A DNA stretch of 52,445 bases from positions 1-52,445 of the forward strand of contig JBDSZH010000050.1 of assembly GCA_039925225.1 (NCBI GenBank). The letters run 5' to 3'. Positions 25,693 to 34,198 of this stretch are shown here, in pieces. The notes under the pieces were generated by a model. The model searched no databases and was not told the DNA's origin. It saw only the letters and a program-made list of their open reading frames with translations. Within the stretch, counting starts at the first letter, position 1. Every line of letters starts with the position of its first letter. The position numbers and the translations under genes were made by a program. The stretch is from Candidatus Limnocylindrales bacterium. Its GTDB lineage: Bacteria; Chloroflexota; Limnocylindria; Limnocylindrales; CSP1-4.

Positions 25693-27351
25693 TCAGGGCT
25701 CGTAGTAGGGCGAGTCCTTGCCCTGCCAGATGCGTTCGAGGACGTAATGGCCGTCGCCCTCGGGGTCGAGCAGGCTCGGGCGGGCCGCGAGGATCATCAC
25801 GTACGGGTGGAGCCGGACGTTGACCATCCGCGTCCCGACGAACGTCTGATCGAGGATGACGCCCTCCTGGGTCTGCTGCCACCAGTCCTGCCCGAACGCG
25901 TAGTTGCCGGGGCTGGCCAGGACGAGGCTGACGTCGTCGCCTCGGTCCCGGAGGAGGAGCGGTCCGGCGACGTGCGTTCCCGCACCGATGACATGGTCAC
26001 AACCGGCGCCGTCGAACCACGTGAGTTGCGTGACCTGCGTCTTGAGCAGGCCGTCGTGGTACTCGCGACCACCCCACCACTGGGGTGAGCAGATCACGAG
26101 GTCCGCGCCGCCCGCACGCGCGCGCTTGACTGCCTCATCCACGTTGGCCTTCGTGATCCACGGCACGCCCGCGGTGTCCGCGTCAGCGCGGGCGACACCG
26201 CCGACGTCGTTCCAGGCCACGATCCCGATCTTGATTCCAGCGACTTCGAGGTACGCGGGCTCCAGCCCCTCATCCAGGTTCAGGCCGAGGCCCGTGTGGG
26301 GCATCTTGTGCTCGTCCAGGATCTTGATCGTCGATCGGATGCCCGCCACGCCGCGGTCGCTCATGTGGTTCGCCGCGAGATAGACGGCGTCGAGGCCGAG
26401 CATCTTCTCCCACGAGTCCACCTCGGCCTCGGGGACGGCGAAGACCAGCGCGCTTCCCGAGTCGTTGGGCGACCACTTGTTGTTCGGCATGATCGGACAC
26501 TCGTGGTCCGCGATCGCGATGTCGGAGCGCTTGAGGATCGCCGGCGTCGCGCCCGCGTTGCCGGTGTCGACCGGTCGGACGACGAGCTCCAGCGAAACGC
26601 CCGGCGGCTTGTTGGGGTTGAGGATCGGCTTGCCCTTGTACTTCGCGGTGCCGCCGCCGAAGACCCAGTCCCAGCCCTTGCCCAGCGTCACAGCTTGGTG
26701 GGCGGCCCAGCGATCCGCGCACAGACTGCCGATGGAGGTCATGTTCCAGACCTTCGAGGCGTCATACGCGGTCCAGGCCGGGTCCAGCGTCGCGGCAACC
26801 GACTCGCGACCCTGCACCGGATACGGCAGGGCACGCGATTCCGGGTCGCCGAACAGGTCCGGTCCGAAGAGGCCGTACGGTCCGTCGCCCGCGATCGGGA
26901 GCACCTTGGTCTCGGTCTCGACCAGGCCGGGCGGCAGGAGGGCCACCTGCCTCTGGTTGCCCTTCAGTGCCGCCTGGATCTTGCCGGCATCAACGCAGGC
27001 ATCGGTCCGCTTCAGATTGGGCGCCAGGATGTCCACGCCGCAGGGCATGAGCAGCTTGTTCTGGTCGGCGAGCGCCGCCAACTCGTCGAGCGAGATGGTG
27101 CCCTTCAGGTTCGTCAGGCCGGTGACGACGGCGAGCGGAAACTCGATGGCAACGGCGGTGGGGCTCGGGAGGACGGTGGGAGTCGGCGAAACCGTCGACG
27201 GCGGTGATGTCGGCGCCACGCCGGACGACGGTGCGGCCGTTGGCCCCGACACGCAGCCCGCGAGCATCGCCAGGACAGTGACCACGAGGATGCCGCGAAC
27301 CGGCAGGGAGTTGGCCACACCGAGGCGGCGGAGGCGCTCGGTGCCGATCAC
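25693..27351 (-). CDS. CapA-family (PGA_cap metallophosphatase-like) lipoprotein
   Basis: Lipobox 'LAMLAGCVSG' and a Pro/Thr/Ser linker. C-terminal half: 'YLAANHMSDRG', 'GIVAWNDVGG', 'DLVICSPQWWGGREY'. Confidence 0.7.
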   Translation of the reverse strand: MIGTERLRRLGVANSLPVRGILVVTVLAMLAGCVSGPTAAPSSGVAPTSPPSTVSPTPTVLPSPTAVAIEFPLAVVTGLTNLKGTISLDELAALADQNKLLMPCGVDILAPNLKRTDACVDAGKIQAALKGNQRQVALLPPGLVETETKVLPIAGDGPYGLFGPDLFGDPESRALPYPVQGRESVAATLDPAWTAYDASKVWNMTSIGSLCADRWAAHQAVTLGKGWDWVFGGGTAKYKGKPILNPNKPPGVSLELVVRPVDTGNAGATPAILKRSDIAIADHECPIMPNNKWSPNDSGSALVFAVPEAEVDSWEKMLGLDAVYLAANHMSDRGVAGIRSTIKILDEHKMPHTGLGLNLDEGLEPAYLEVAGIKIGIVAWNDVGGVARADADTAGVPWITKANVDEAVKRARAGGADLVICSPQWWGGREYHDGLLKTQVTQLTWFDGAGCDHVIGAGTHVAGPLLLRDRGDDVSLVLASPGNYAFGQDWWQQTQEGVILDQTFVGTRMVNVRLHPYVMILAARPSLLDPEGDGHYVLERIWQGKDSPYYEP

Positions 27352-27412
27352 GGCGTCGATGGTAGGGCCGGCAACGTTTGTCCGGCGCTGGGCGAATCCG
27401 CGGGAACGCGGC

Positions 27413-27418
27413 TAGGCT
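27413..27418 (+). promoter_or_regulatory. -10-like hexamer TAGGCT 7 nt upstream of ATG 27426
   Basis: 'gcTAGGCTccccgcgATG'. Confidence 0.4.
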
Positions 27419-27425
27419 CCCCGCG

Positions 27426-28415
27426 ATGCGTCTGATTCGCGTGCTCAGCGCGGCGACCATGCTCGCCGCGGGGCTGCTCACGGTCCCGGCCGCCTCGCCA
27501 CGGCCCGCCGCCGCGATTGGTCCTCTCCCGGAGTGCAGGCTCGAGGACCACCTCACGTCGCCGCTTGGGTACGACGACTGGGCAACGACCCTCGTCGACT
27601 GGAACCTGAGCGTCGGGAAGGACTACGCGCCACCGGATCTCGTCTCGGTGCGCACGGGCGACGTCGCCGGAGGCGGCAACGTCCGCAGGGTCGTCATCAC
27701 CGACCTCAAGGCCATGGCCGCGGCGGCCAAGAAGAACGGCACGCCGCTCGTGGCTTGGAGCCCGTACCGCAGCTACAGCCAGCAGGAGAAGCTGTTCAAC
27801 GGCTACGTCAAGGGCTACGGCTACGACTCGGCGATCAACTTCTCCGCGCGCCCCGGTCATTCCGAGCACCAGCTGGGCCTGACGATCGATTTCGTCGCCG
27901 TTGGCGACGACGGTCTCACCAGCAACTGGGAGGTGACGAAGACGGGCGCCTGGATGGCGAAGAACGCGTGGAAGTACGGCTGGCTCATGAGCTACCCAAA
28001 GGGCAAGCAGGAAGTCGTGTGCTACAGCTACGAACCGTGGCACTACCGCTACGTCGGGGTCGAACTCGCGAAGAAGATCCACGACTCCGGCCTGACGCCG
28101 CGCGAGTACCTGTGGGCGAACTTCACCCAGCTCGACACGACCTTCCAACCCGTGCCGACGCCGACACCAGAAGCGACGCCGACACCGAGCCCCTCGCCGA
28201 CGCCCGTCCCGCTCATTCCGTCGGCGATCGCCAGCGGAGCAGGTTCGACGGGCGCGCCGGCGGCGAGCCCTCCGCCGACTTCACCAGCTGGTTCCTGGCT
28301 CGGCTTCGACCCGGCGGTCGTGCTGGCTGGCATCGTCATGGTGCTGGCATCGATCGGATTGGTCGTCGCCGTCCGGCGTGCCCGCGCTTCGCCGGGACTG
28401 TACTCGAGGCCCTGA
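27426..28415 (+). CDS. M15B (VanY-type) D-alanyl-D-alanine carboxypeptidase with a PT linker and C-terminal membrane anchor
   Basis: 'RPGHSEHQLGLTIDF' and 'YEPWHYRYVG' are zinc-ligand motifs. An N-terminal signal, a 'PVPTPTPEATPTPSPSPTPVP' linker and a terminal TM 'VLAGIVMVLASIGLVVAV' are present. Confidence 0.85.
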   Translation: MRLIRVLSAATMLAAGLLTVPAASPRPAAAIGPLPECRLEDHLTSPLGYDDWATTLVDWNLSVGKDYAPPDLVSVRTGDVAGGGNVRRVVITDLKAMAAAAKKNGTPLVAWSPYRSYSQQEKLFNGYVKGYGYDSAINFSARPGHSEHQLGLTIDFVAVGDDGLTSNWEVTKTGAWMAKNAWKYGWLMSYPKGKQEVVCYSYEPWHYRYVGVELAKKIHDSGLTPREYLWANFTQLDTTFQPVPTPTPEATPTPSPSPTPVPLIPSAIASGAGSTGAPAASPPPTSPAGSWLGFDPAVVLAGIVMVLASIGLVVAVRRARASPGLYSRP

Positions 28416-28540
28416 CAAACCCCGCGCACGATCATTGGAACCATCGCGTCGCGGATGGCGTCTGCGCGACGAACGGGCGCGCGACGTTGCTCACCAACGT
28501 TGTCGACGGCCTGCACCGTTCGAATTGGAGGATCACCCAG

Positions 28541-29536
28541 ATGGCCCACCGACTTCCTCGCCACGCCGTTCTTGGCGTGCTCGCCAGCATGCTCGTCGCG
28601 TGCGGCGGAACGCCCACGCCGACCGCGGCGCCGGCAACCCAGTCTCCGGCGAGCGCGCCGGTCGTGACGACGGCGTCGGCGACGGTGCCCGCCGCCACGG
28701 CGGCAGCGACCGCCCCGACAGCCGTTTCGTCACCCGCGCGCGATCCCGGCACTGCACGCACTGACCCGAAGGGGATCGGCCAGGTGTGGGTCCCGGGCGG
28801 CGTCTTCACGATGGGCTCGGACGCCGGGTCGGCGACGCCGCCATCGTGGGCGGTCGCGACGTACGCCAGCGAGCACCCGGCCCACGAAGTGCACCTGACG
28901 CGCGGCTACTGGATCGACACGACGGAGGTCACGGTCGAGGCGTTCAAGGCATTCAAGGACGCCGGCGGCTACACGGACCAATCGAACTGGTCCGAGAAGG
29001 GCTGGGCATGGCTCCAGGGCATGGGCGCTGTGCCACTTCCGAACCCGTGCCTGACGCAGAAGGCGGCTGAGCCGCAGGTCTGCGTGACCTGGTACGAAGC
29101 CGAGGCGTACGCGCACTGGCGCGGTGGCCGCCTGCCAACCGAAGCGGAGTGGGAGTTCGCCGCCCGCGGCGCGGAGTCGCGCGTCTACCCGTGGGGCGAC
29201 ACGTTCGATGGCGCCAAGGCGAATCTCGACGGCGGGACCGGCCCGGTCGCGGTCGGGGGCTTCCCGGACGGCGCCAGCTGGATCGGCGCGCTGGACATGG
29301 CCGGCAACGCGATGGAATGGGTCGCCGACTGGTGGAGCGACACGTACTACGCGGAGGGCGTGCGCGACGATCCGACAGGCCCCGACGCGGGCGTGATCAA
29401 AATCGAGAAGGGCGGCTGGTGGGGCCCCCCGGATGGGACCGGCTCATTCGTTGCGCGATCGTCGTTCCGCCTCGACGAGGACTTCCCGACCTACCAGGAC
29501 CACCACATCGGGTTCCGGATCGTCGCCACCGACTGA
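28541..29536 (+). CDS. Formylglycine-generating-enzyme (SUMF1/FGE) family lipoprotein
   Basis: RBS 'ggagga' and lipobox 'MLVACGG'. 'HEVHLTRGYWIDTTEVT', 'CVTWYEAEAYAHWRGGRLPTEAEWEFAARG' and 'YPWGD' are present. Confidence 0.85.
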   Translation: MAHRLPRHAVLGVLASMLVACGGTPTPTAAPATQSPASAPVVTTASATVPAATAAATAPTAVSSPARDPGTARTDPKGIGQVWVPGGVFTMGSDAGSATPPSWAVATYASEHPAHEVHLTRGYWIDTTEVTVEAFKAFKDAGGYTDQSNWSEKGWAWLQGMGAVPLPNPCLTQKAAEPQVCVTWYEAEAYAHWRGGRLPTEAEWEFAARGAESRVYPWGDTFDGAKANLDGGTGPVAVGGFPDGASWIGALDMAGNAMEWVADWWSDTYYAEGVRDDPTGPDAGVIKIEKGGWWGPPDGTGSFVARSSFRLDEDFPTYQDHHIGFRIVATD

Positions 29537-29561
29537 GTTATTGCGACTGAGTCTCGATTAC
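29537..29561. promoter_or_regulatory. Imperfect 25-bp inverted repeat (core GACTGAGTC) abutting the zur -10 box: candidate Fur-family operator
   Basis: 'gttattgcgactgagtctcgattac' has 9 of its 12 arm positions paired around the central base, is locally AT-enriched, and lies 3 nt upstream of TAGCAT. Confidence 0.4.
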
Positions 29562-29564
29562 TGC

Positions 29565-29570
29565 TAGCAT
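29565..29570 (+). promoter_or_regulatory. -10-like hexamer TAGCAT 6 nt upstream of ATG 29577
   Basis: 'gcTAGCATcggggcATG' has nearly the same 17-mer context as the ligD-pol start at 34199. Confidence 0.45.
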
Positions 29571-29576
29571 CGGGGC

Positions 29577-30008
29577 ATGGTTGCCGCTACGTCGATCGTC
29601 GAGGCATTCGAGGGTGCCGGCTACCGCCTGACGGCGCCTCGGCGCGCGCTTGCAGGCCTGATTGCATCGCGAAGCGGCCACTTCACCGCCGATGAGCTGC
29701 TCGCGGACGCGCGGCGCGGGCGCGGCGGGCTCGGGCGCGCGACGATCTTCCGGTCGTTGGACGTCCTCGCGGAGCTCGGAGCGGTGGAACGGCTCGATCT
29801 GCCGTCGGGGGGCCACGCCTTCGTCGCCTGCGAGCCGGCCCATCACCACCACGTCGTGTGCTCGTCGTGCGGGCAGTCGACCGAGGTATCCGATCACGGG
29901 CTCGAGGGCATGGCCGAGGCGATCGAGCGTGAGACCGGCTACCGGGTGGATACCCACCGGCTGGAACTGTTCGGCGTCTGCCCAGCGTGTCGGGATGGGC
30001 AGCGATGA
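29577..30008 (+). CDS. zur: Fur-family metalloregulator (probable Zur)
   Basis: 'HHHHVVCSSCGQSTEV' and 'FGVCPACR' are metal sites. Translationally coupled (ATGA) to a ZIP transporter. Confidence 0.8.
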   Translation: MVAATSIVEAFEGAGYRLTAPRRALAGLIASRSGHFTADELLADARRGRGGLGRATIFRSLDVLAELGAVERLDLPSGGHAFVACEPAHHHHVVCSSCGQSTEVSDHGLEGMAEAIERETGYRVDTHRLELFGVCPACRDGQR

Positions 30009-30784
30009 ATCCGCTGGCGCTGCTGCCCTTCTTCTCGACGCTCCTCGGCGGTTTCGCGGCGTTGCACCTGCGGCATCGACTGCACGCGTTCATGGCGCTC
30101 GCGGCCGGCGTCGTGGTCGCGACCGCCATCGTGGACCTCCTGCCGGAGGCGTTCGAGCTCGTCGGGCCGGACGGCACCCTCGGCGTGGGCATCGCGGCGG
30201 TCATCGGCTTCATCGGCTTCAGCCTCGTCGAGGCGTTCCTCCATCAGTCGAGCTTCGAGCACGCCGGCGACCACGACCACTATCAAGACCACGCGAGCGG
30301 CGGCGATGGCGCGATCTCGCCCAGGACCGGCGCGCCGTCGGGGATCATCGGACTCCTGCCTCCGATCAGCCTGATCATCCATAGCACGCTTGATGGCCTC
30401 GCCATCGGGCTCGCCTTCCAGGCGGGCGGGGAGATCGGCCTGATCGTGCTGCTCGCCGTGCTCGCGCACGACTTCGCCGACGGCATGAACGTCGTGACGC
30501 TCGCACTCGACGCGGCCCGCGGCCAGCGATTGGCGATCATCCTGCTCCTACTGGACGCCATAGCCCCGCTCGCCGGAGCGGCGCTGAGCACCGTCGTGGC
30601 CGTCTCGCCGGGTGCGCTGGGATTGCTGCTTGCCTCGTTCGCCGGGGTCTTCATCGCGATCGGTGCGGGCCATCTCCTGCCGGAGTCGCAGCATCGCGAC
30701 CCGCGGCGAGGACCGGCCCTCGTGGCACTGTCCGGGCTCGGCGCGACGTTCGTCCTTGTCGTTCGCGCGATCGGCGTTCAGTGA
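30005..30784 (+). CDS. ZIP-family divalent metal (zinc) transporter
   Basis: Polytopic, with a His/Asp-rich loop 'HQSSFEHAGDHDHYQDH', 'IHSTLDGLAIG' and 'AVLAHDFADG'. Confidence 0.85.
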   Translation: MNPLALLPFFSTLLGGFAALHLRHRLHAFMALAAGVVVATAIVDLLPEAFELVGPDGTLGVGIAAVIGFIGFSLVEAFLHQSSFEHAGDHDHYQDHASGGDGAISPRTGAPSGIIGLLPPISLIIHSTLDGLAIGLAFQAGGEIGLIVLLAVLAHDFADGMNVVTLALDAARGQRLAIILLLLDAIAPLAGAALSTVVAVSPGALGLLLASFAGVFIAIGAGHLLPESQHRDPRRGPALVALSGLGATFVLVVRAIGVQ

Positions 30785-30797
30785 CGGGAGGCGCACG

Positions 30798-31199
30798 ATG
30801 ACGACGACCAGCAACGATCGGCTGCTCGGGCCGATCATGCAGATCCTCGTGCCCGTCTCCGACCTGGAGCGCGCGACCAAGTTCTACGAGGACATTCTCG
30901 GCTTGCCGCTGCTGTTCCGCTACCCGGGGAATGCGTTCTTCGACGCGCACGGCATCCGGATCTACCTCGCGACGCCCTCGGAGCCCGGGTACGCCGGGCC
31001 AGCGACGCTGTACTTCCGGGTCGACGACGTCGGCGCGACCTTCGATCGCCTGGTCGCGTGCGGTGCGACCGTTCGTGAGGAACCCGAGATCGCCCATCGA
31101 GACGAGGCGTACGACCTGTGGCTCGGCTTCGTCAGCGACCCGGACGGCAACAATATCGGGCTGATGCGGGAGGCGCCCAAGGGCCTGGAGCGGGGCTGA
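30798..31199 (+). CDS. VOC/glyoxalase-family protein
   Basis: RBS 'gggagg'. 'IMQILVPVSDLERATKFYEDILGL' and 'FVSDPDGNNIGL' are present. Confidence 0.8.
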   Translation: MTTTSNDRLLGPIMQILVPVSDLERATKFYEDILGLPLLFRYPGNAFFDAHGIRIYLATPSEPGYAGPATLYFRVDDVGATFDRLVACGATVREEPEIAHRDEAYDLWLGFVSDPDGNNIGLMREAPKGLERG

Positions 31200-31211
31200 C
31201 CGCCCCTCACC

Positions 31212-32366
31212 TCAGGTGCGGGCTGCGCTCTCCTTCCGACGGCGCTTCAGTGTCGGCGAGTCCGCGGCGCCGGTTGCCGCTGTCGCGCTCTCCTCCTTAC
31301 TCGGTGTCTCCAAGGCGGCAGGGTCGATCGGCACCGGCGTCTCCCGATCCTGGAGGCGGCCCAGGACTACTGTTATCCCGGCGACGAGCGGGACCGCGAC
31401 GATCGCGCCGAGAACGCCCGCGACCGCCCCGCCGAGCAACAGGCTCACGAGGACGAGGAACGGAGACAGCCCGACGCTGTTGCGCATGATCATGGGCACG
31501 AGAACGTTGCCCTCGATGAGCTGGAGCAGAACGTAGATGACGAGCGTGAGTACCACCGTATCGGTCGAGACCGTCGTCGCCATGAGGACCGCGGGCACAG
31601 CCCCGATCAGCGGGCCGACAATCGGGATGACCTCGGTCATGGCCGCGATGAGGGCCAGGAGGAGTGCCGCCGGCAGGCCCAACACGCTGTATGCGATACC
31701 GGTCGCGACGCCGATGGTGAGCATGAGGATGAGCTGGCCGCGGACCCACAGACCAAGGCGCGACTCGATCTCGTTCCAGGCGTCGCGGATGCCTTCACGC
31801 CGATCCGCCGGCACGAATGCCAGCGTGTAGCGCTGGAGCCGCGGTCGTTCGGTCAGCCAGAAGAACACCATCACCATCAGCGTCACGAGGGCGGCGGTCA
31901 CCTCAAAGATGAGCAGCGACGCACTCACGACCTTGTCCGGGGATGGCGGTGGGCCTGGCCGGAGCGGTGCCTCGATCGCATCGAGGAGCGACCCGATTCC
32001 CTTCGACAGGATCTCCGGGCGCAGATTCGCGCTCGATGCCCGGACCTGATCGAGGAACGCGGGCAGGCGACCCATAGCACCCTCGACCTGGACGAGAGCA
32101 GCCGGCACGATGAATACGGCGATGGCGACCACCCCGGCGAGGAACGTCGCGTACACGAGCAGGATCGCGAATCCGCGACCGATGCCGGTCCGGCCGCGGA
32201 TGGCGCCCACGACCGGTTCCAGCGCTGCGCCGAGCAGGATCGCAAGGAAGACGAGCAGGATCACTTCGGTGGCCGCCGCCGCGACACCGGCCAGGATCAG
32301 GATGAGACCGACGCCCACGGCGAGACCTGCGCCCCGCGCAACCCAGCTCATTGATTCCGATCGCAT
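31212..32366 (-). CDS. AI-2E family (PerM/UPF0118) transporter
   Basis: Polytopic ORF with 'TEVIPIVGPLIGAVPAV' and 'LQLIEGNVLVPMIM'. ATG 32351 is an alternative start. Confidence 0.8.
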   Translation of the reverse strand: MRSESMSWVARGAGLAVGVGLILILAGVAAAATEVILLVFLAILLGAALEPVVGAIRGRTGIGRGFAILLVYATFLAGVVAIAVFIVPAALVQVEGAMGRLPAFLDQVRASSANLRPEILSKGIGSLLDAIEAPLRPGPPPSPDKVVSASLLIFEVTAALVTLMVMVFFWLTERPRLQRYTLAFVPADRREGIRDAWNEIESRLGLWVRGQLILMLTIGVATGIAYSVLGLPAALLLALIAAMTEVIPIVGPLIGAVPAVLMATTVSTDTVVLTLVIYVLLQLIEGNVLVPMIMRNSVGLSPFLVLVSLLLGGAVAGVLGAIVAVPLVAGITVVLGRLQDRETPVPIDPAALETPSKEESATAATGAADSPTLKRRRKESAART

Positions 32367-32465
32367 CCGCCCCTCCAGACGTGTCGGGACGGATCGTGGC
32401 GGCGGATCGGTCCACGGGACTCGCTGCCGGGGGGCGTGCGCATTGCAATTGCATCGCGCCTTGTG

Positions 32466-33737
32466 TCAGTTCGCCCGGCCCGTCTCCAGCTCGCGGATCC
32501 GGCGCGTCAGGAATGCCCGCTCAACCTGATTCGAGGTCAGGTCGAGTGCCGCTTGATACGCCACTGCGGCGGCGTCGCGCCGGCCGAGTCGGCGGAGCAG
32601 GTCCGCGCGAGCCGCGTGGAAATACGGGTACGACGCGAGACGCTCGTCGCCGTCCAGCGACTCGAGGAGGGCGAGGCCCACCGCCGGGCCGTCGGCCATC
32701 GCAACCGCGACGGCGCGGTTGAGCTCCACGACGGGCGAGGGAGCGAGACTCGCGAGGCGCCCATAGAGCGCGGCGATCTCCCGCCAGTCTGTCTCGACCG
32801 CGCTCGCTGCCGTGTCGTGGAGCGCGGCGATCGCTGCCTGGACCTGGTACGGACCGGCGCGGCCCACCCGGAGCGCGCGGTCCAGCACGGCCTGGCCCTC
32901 GACGATTTCCGCCCGGTCCCAGCGCGAGCGGTCCTGGTCCTCGAGCAGCGCCAGGTCGCCCGTGCTGCTCGTCCGCGCCTCGCGGCGTGCATCGTGCAGG
33001 AGCAGCAGCGCGAGGAGTCCGAGGCTCTCCGGCTCGTCGGGCATGAGTTCGTTCAGCAGGCGGGCGAGGCGGATCGCCTCTCCCGTCAGCTCGCGCCGGA
33101 TCAGCGCCTCGCCCTCGGCGGAGCTGTAGCCCTCGTTGAAGATCAGGTACAGAACGCGCAGGACCGCGTCGAGCCGCTCCGGGAGCGCGGCGGGCGGCGG
33201 GACCCCGTATGGGATCCCGGCGTCGCGGATCTTCCGCTTCGCTCGGACGAGCCGCTGCGCGAGCGTCACCTCTGAAACGAGGAACGCGCGGGCGATCTCC
33301 GGCGTGCTGAGGCCGCCCAGTGTGCGCAGGGTGAGCGCCACCCGCGCCTCCGGCGCGAGCGCCGGGTGGCAGCACGTGAAGATCAATCGCAGCCGGTCGT
33401 CGATGGCGTCCGTGTCGCTTGCCTCCTCCATGCCCTCACTTCCCGCGTTTGCGTCGATCTCGATCTCGCGCCGGAGCTCATCCGTCTTATCCGCGAGCCG
33501 CCGCCGGCGACGGATCCGGTCGATCGCAGCGTTTCGGGCCGTCGTCGTGATCCACGCGGCGGGGTTCCGCGGCACGCCCTGGCTCGACCACGTCTCCAGC
33601 GCCCTCGCGAACGCGTCCTGGACGGCCTCTTCGGCGAGGTCGAAGTCGCCGAGCACGCGGATGAGGGTCGCGACGACCCTGCCCGATTCCTCGCGGAACA
33701 GGCGATCGACGACCTCGTGGGCCGCGGGCGTCGTCAA
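32466..33737 (-). CDS. ECF-type sigma-70 factor with a long C-terminal extension
   Basis: Region 2 '[30 protein letters not shown]', region 4 '[34 protein letters not shown]', and a helical extension of about 230 aa. This is the usual partner of YCII genes. Confidence 0.85.
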   Translation of the reverse strand: MTTPAAHEVVDRLFREESGRVVATLIRVLGDFDLAEEAVQDAFARALETWSSQGVPRNPAAWITTTARNAAIDRIRRRRRLADKTDELRREIEIDANAGSEGMEEASDTDAIDDRLRLIFTCCHPALAPEARVALTLRTLGGLSTPEIARAFLVSEVTLAQRLVRAKRKIRDAGIPYGVPPPAALPERLDAVLRVLYLIFNEGYSSAEGEALIRRELTGEAIRLARLLNELMPDEPESLGLLALLLLHDARREARTSSTGDLALLEDQDRSRWDRAEIVEGQAVLDRALRVGRAGPYQVQAAIAALHDTAASAVETDWREIAALYGRLASLAPSPVVELNRAVAVAMADGPAVGLALLESLDGDERLASYPYFHAARADLLRRLGRRDAAAVAYQAALDLTSNQVERAFLTRRIRELETGRAN

Positions 33738-33753
33738 GGACGCTCCGATGCCG

Positions 33754-34107
33754 TCAGCCGCCCGATTGCCCGTTGATCGGACGGACCTCGATCGAGCCCC
33801 AGGCCGCGCCCGGGCACGCCTTCGCGAGTTCGATCGCCTCGTCGAGGTCAGCCGCCTCGATCAGGTAGTAGCCGCCCAGGGCCTCCTTCGTCTCAGCGAA
33901 GGGACCATCCGTGATCAACATTTGGCCGTCACGGACGCGAATGGTCGTCGCCGTCGTGGTGGGCTCCAGCTCGTCACCATCGACGAAGGCGCCCCGCTCG
34001 CGGAGCATGCCCGTGTACGCGCGATACGTCGTTCGGATTTCGTCCAGCGGCGCCGGGGGCGGCGTGCTCGTCGGTTCCTCGCTGTAGATGAGGACCAGGT
34101 AGCGCAT
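33754..34107 (-). CDS. YCII-related (DGPF) domain protein
   Basis: 'MRYLVLIY' and '[21 protein letters not shown]'. Confidence 0.85.
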   Translation of the reverse strand: MRYLVLIYSEEPTSTPPPAPLDEIRTTYRAYTGMLRERGAFVDGDELEPTTTATTIRVRDGQMLITDGPFAETKEALGGYYLIEAADLDEAIELAKACPGAAWGSIEVRPINGQSGG

Positions 34108-34186
34108 GGCTTCCTCCGGATGCGTCGCGGCGGCATCGCCGCGTTCACCGAAACGACGAACGGACCGACCGGAATCGACAGCACGC

Positions 34187-34192
34187 TAGCAT
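34187..34192 (+). promoter_or_regulatory. -10-like hexamer TAGCAT 6 nt upstream of ATG 34199
   Basis: 'gcTAGCATccgggcATG'. Confidence 0.45.
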
Positions 34193-34198
34193 CCGGGC

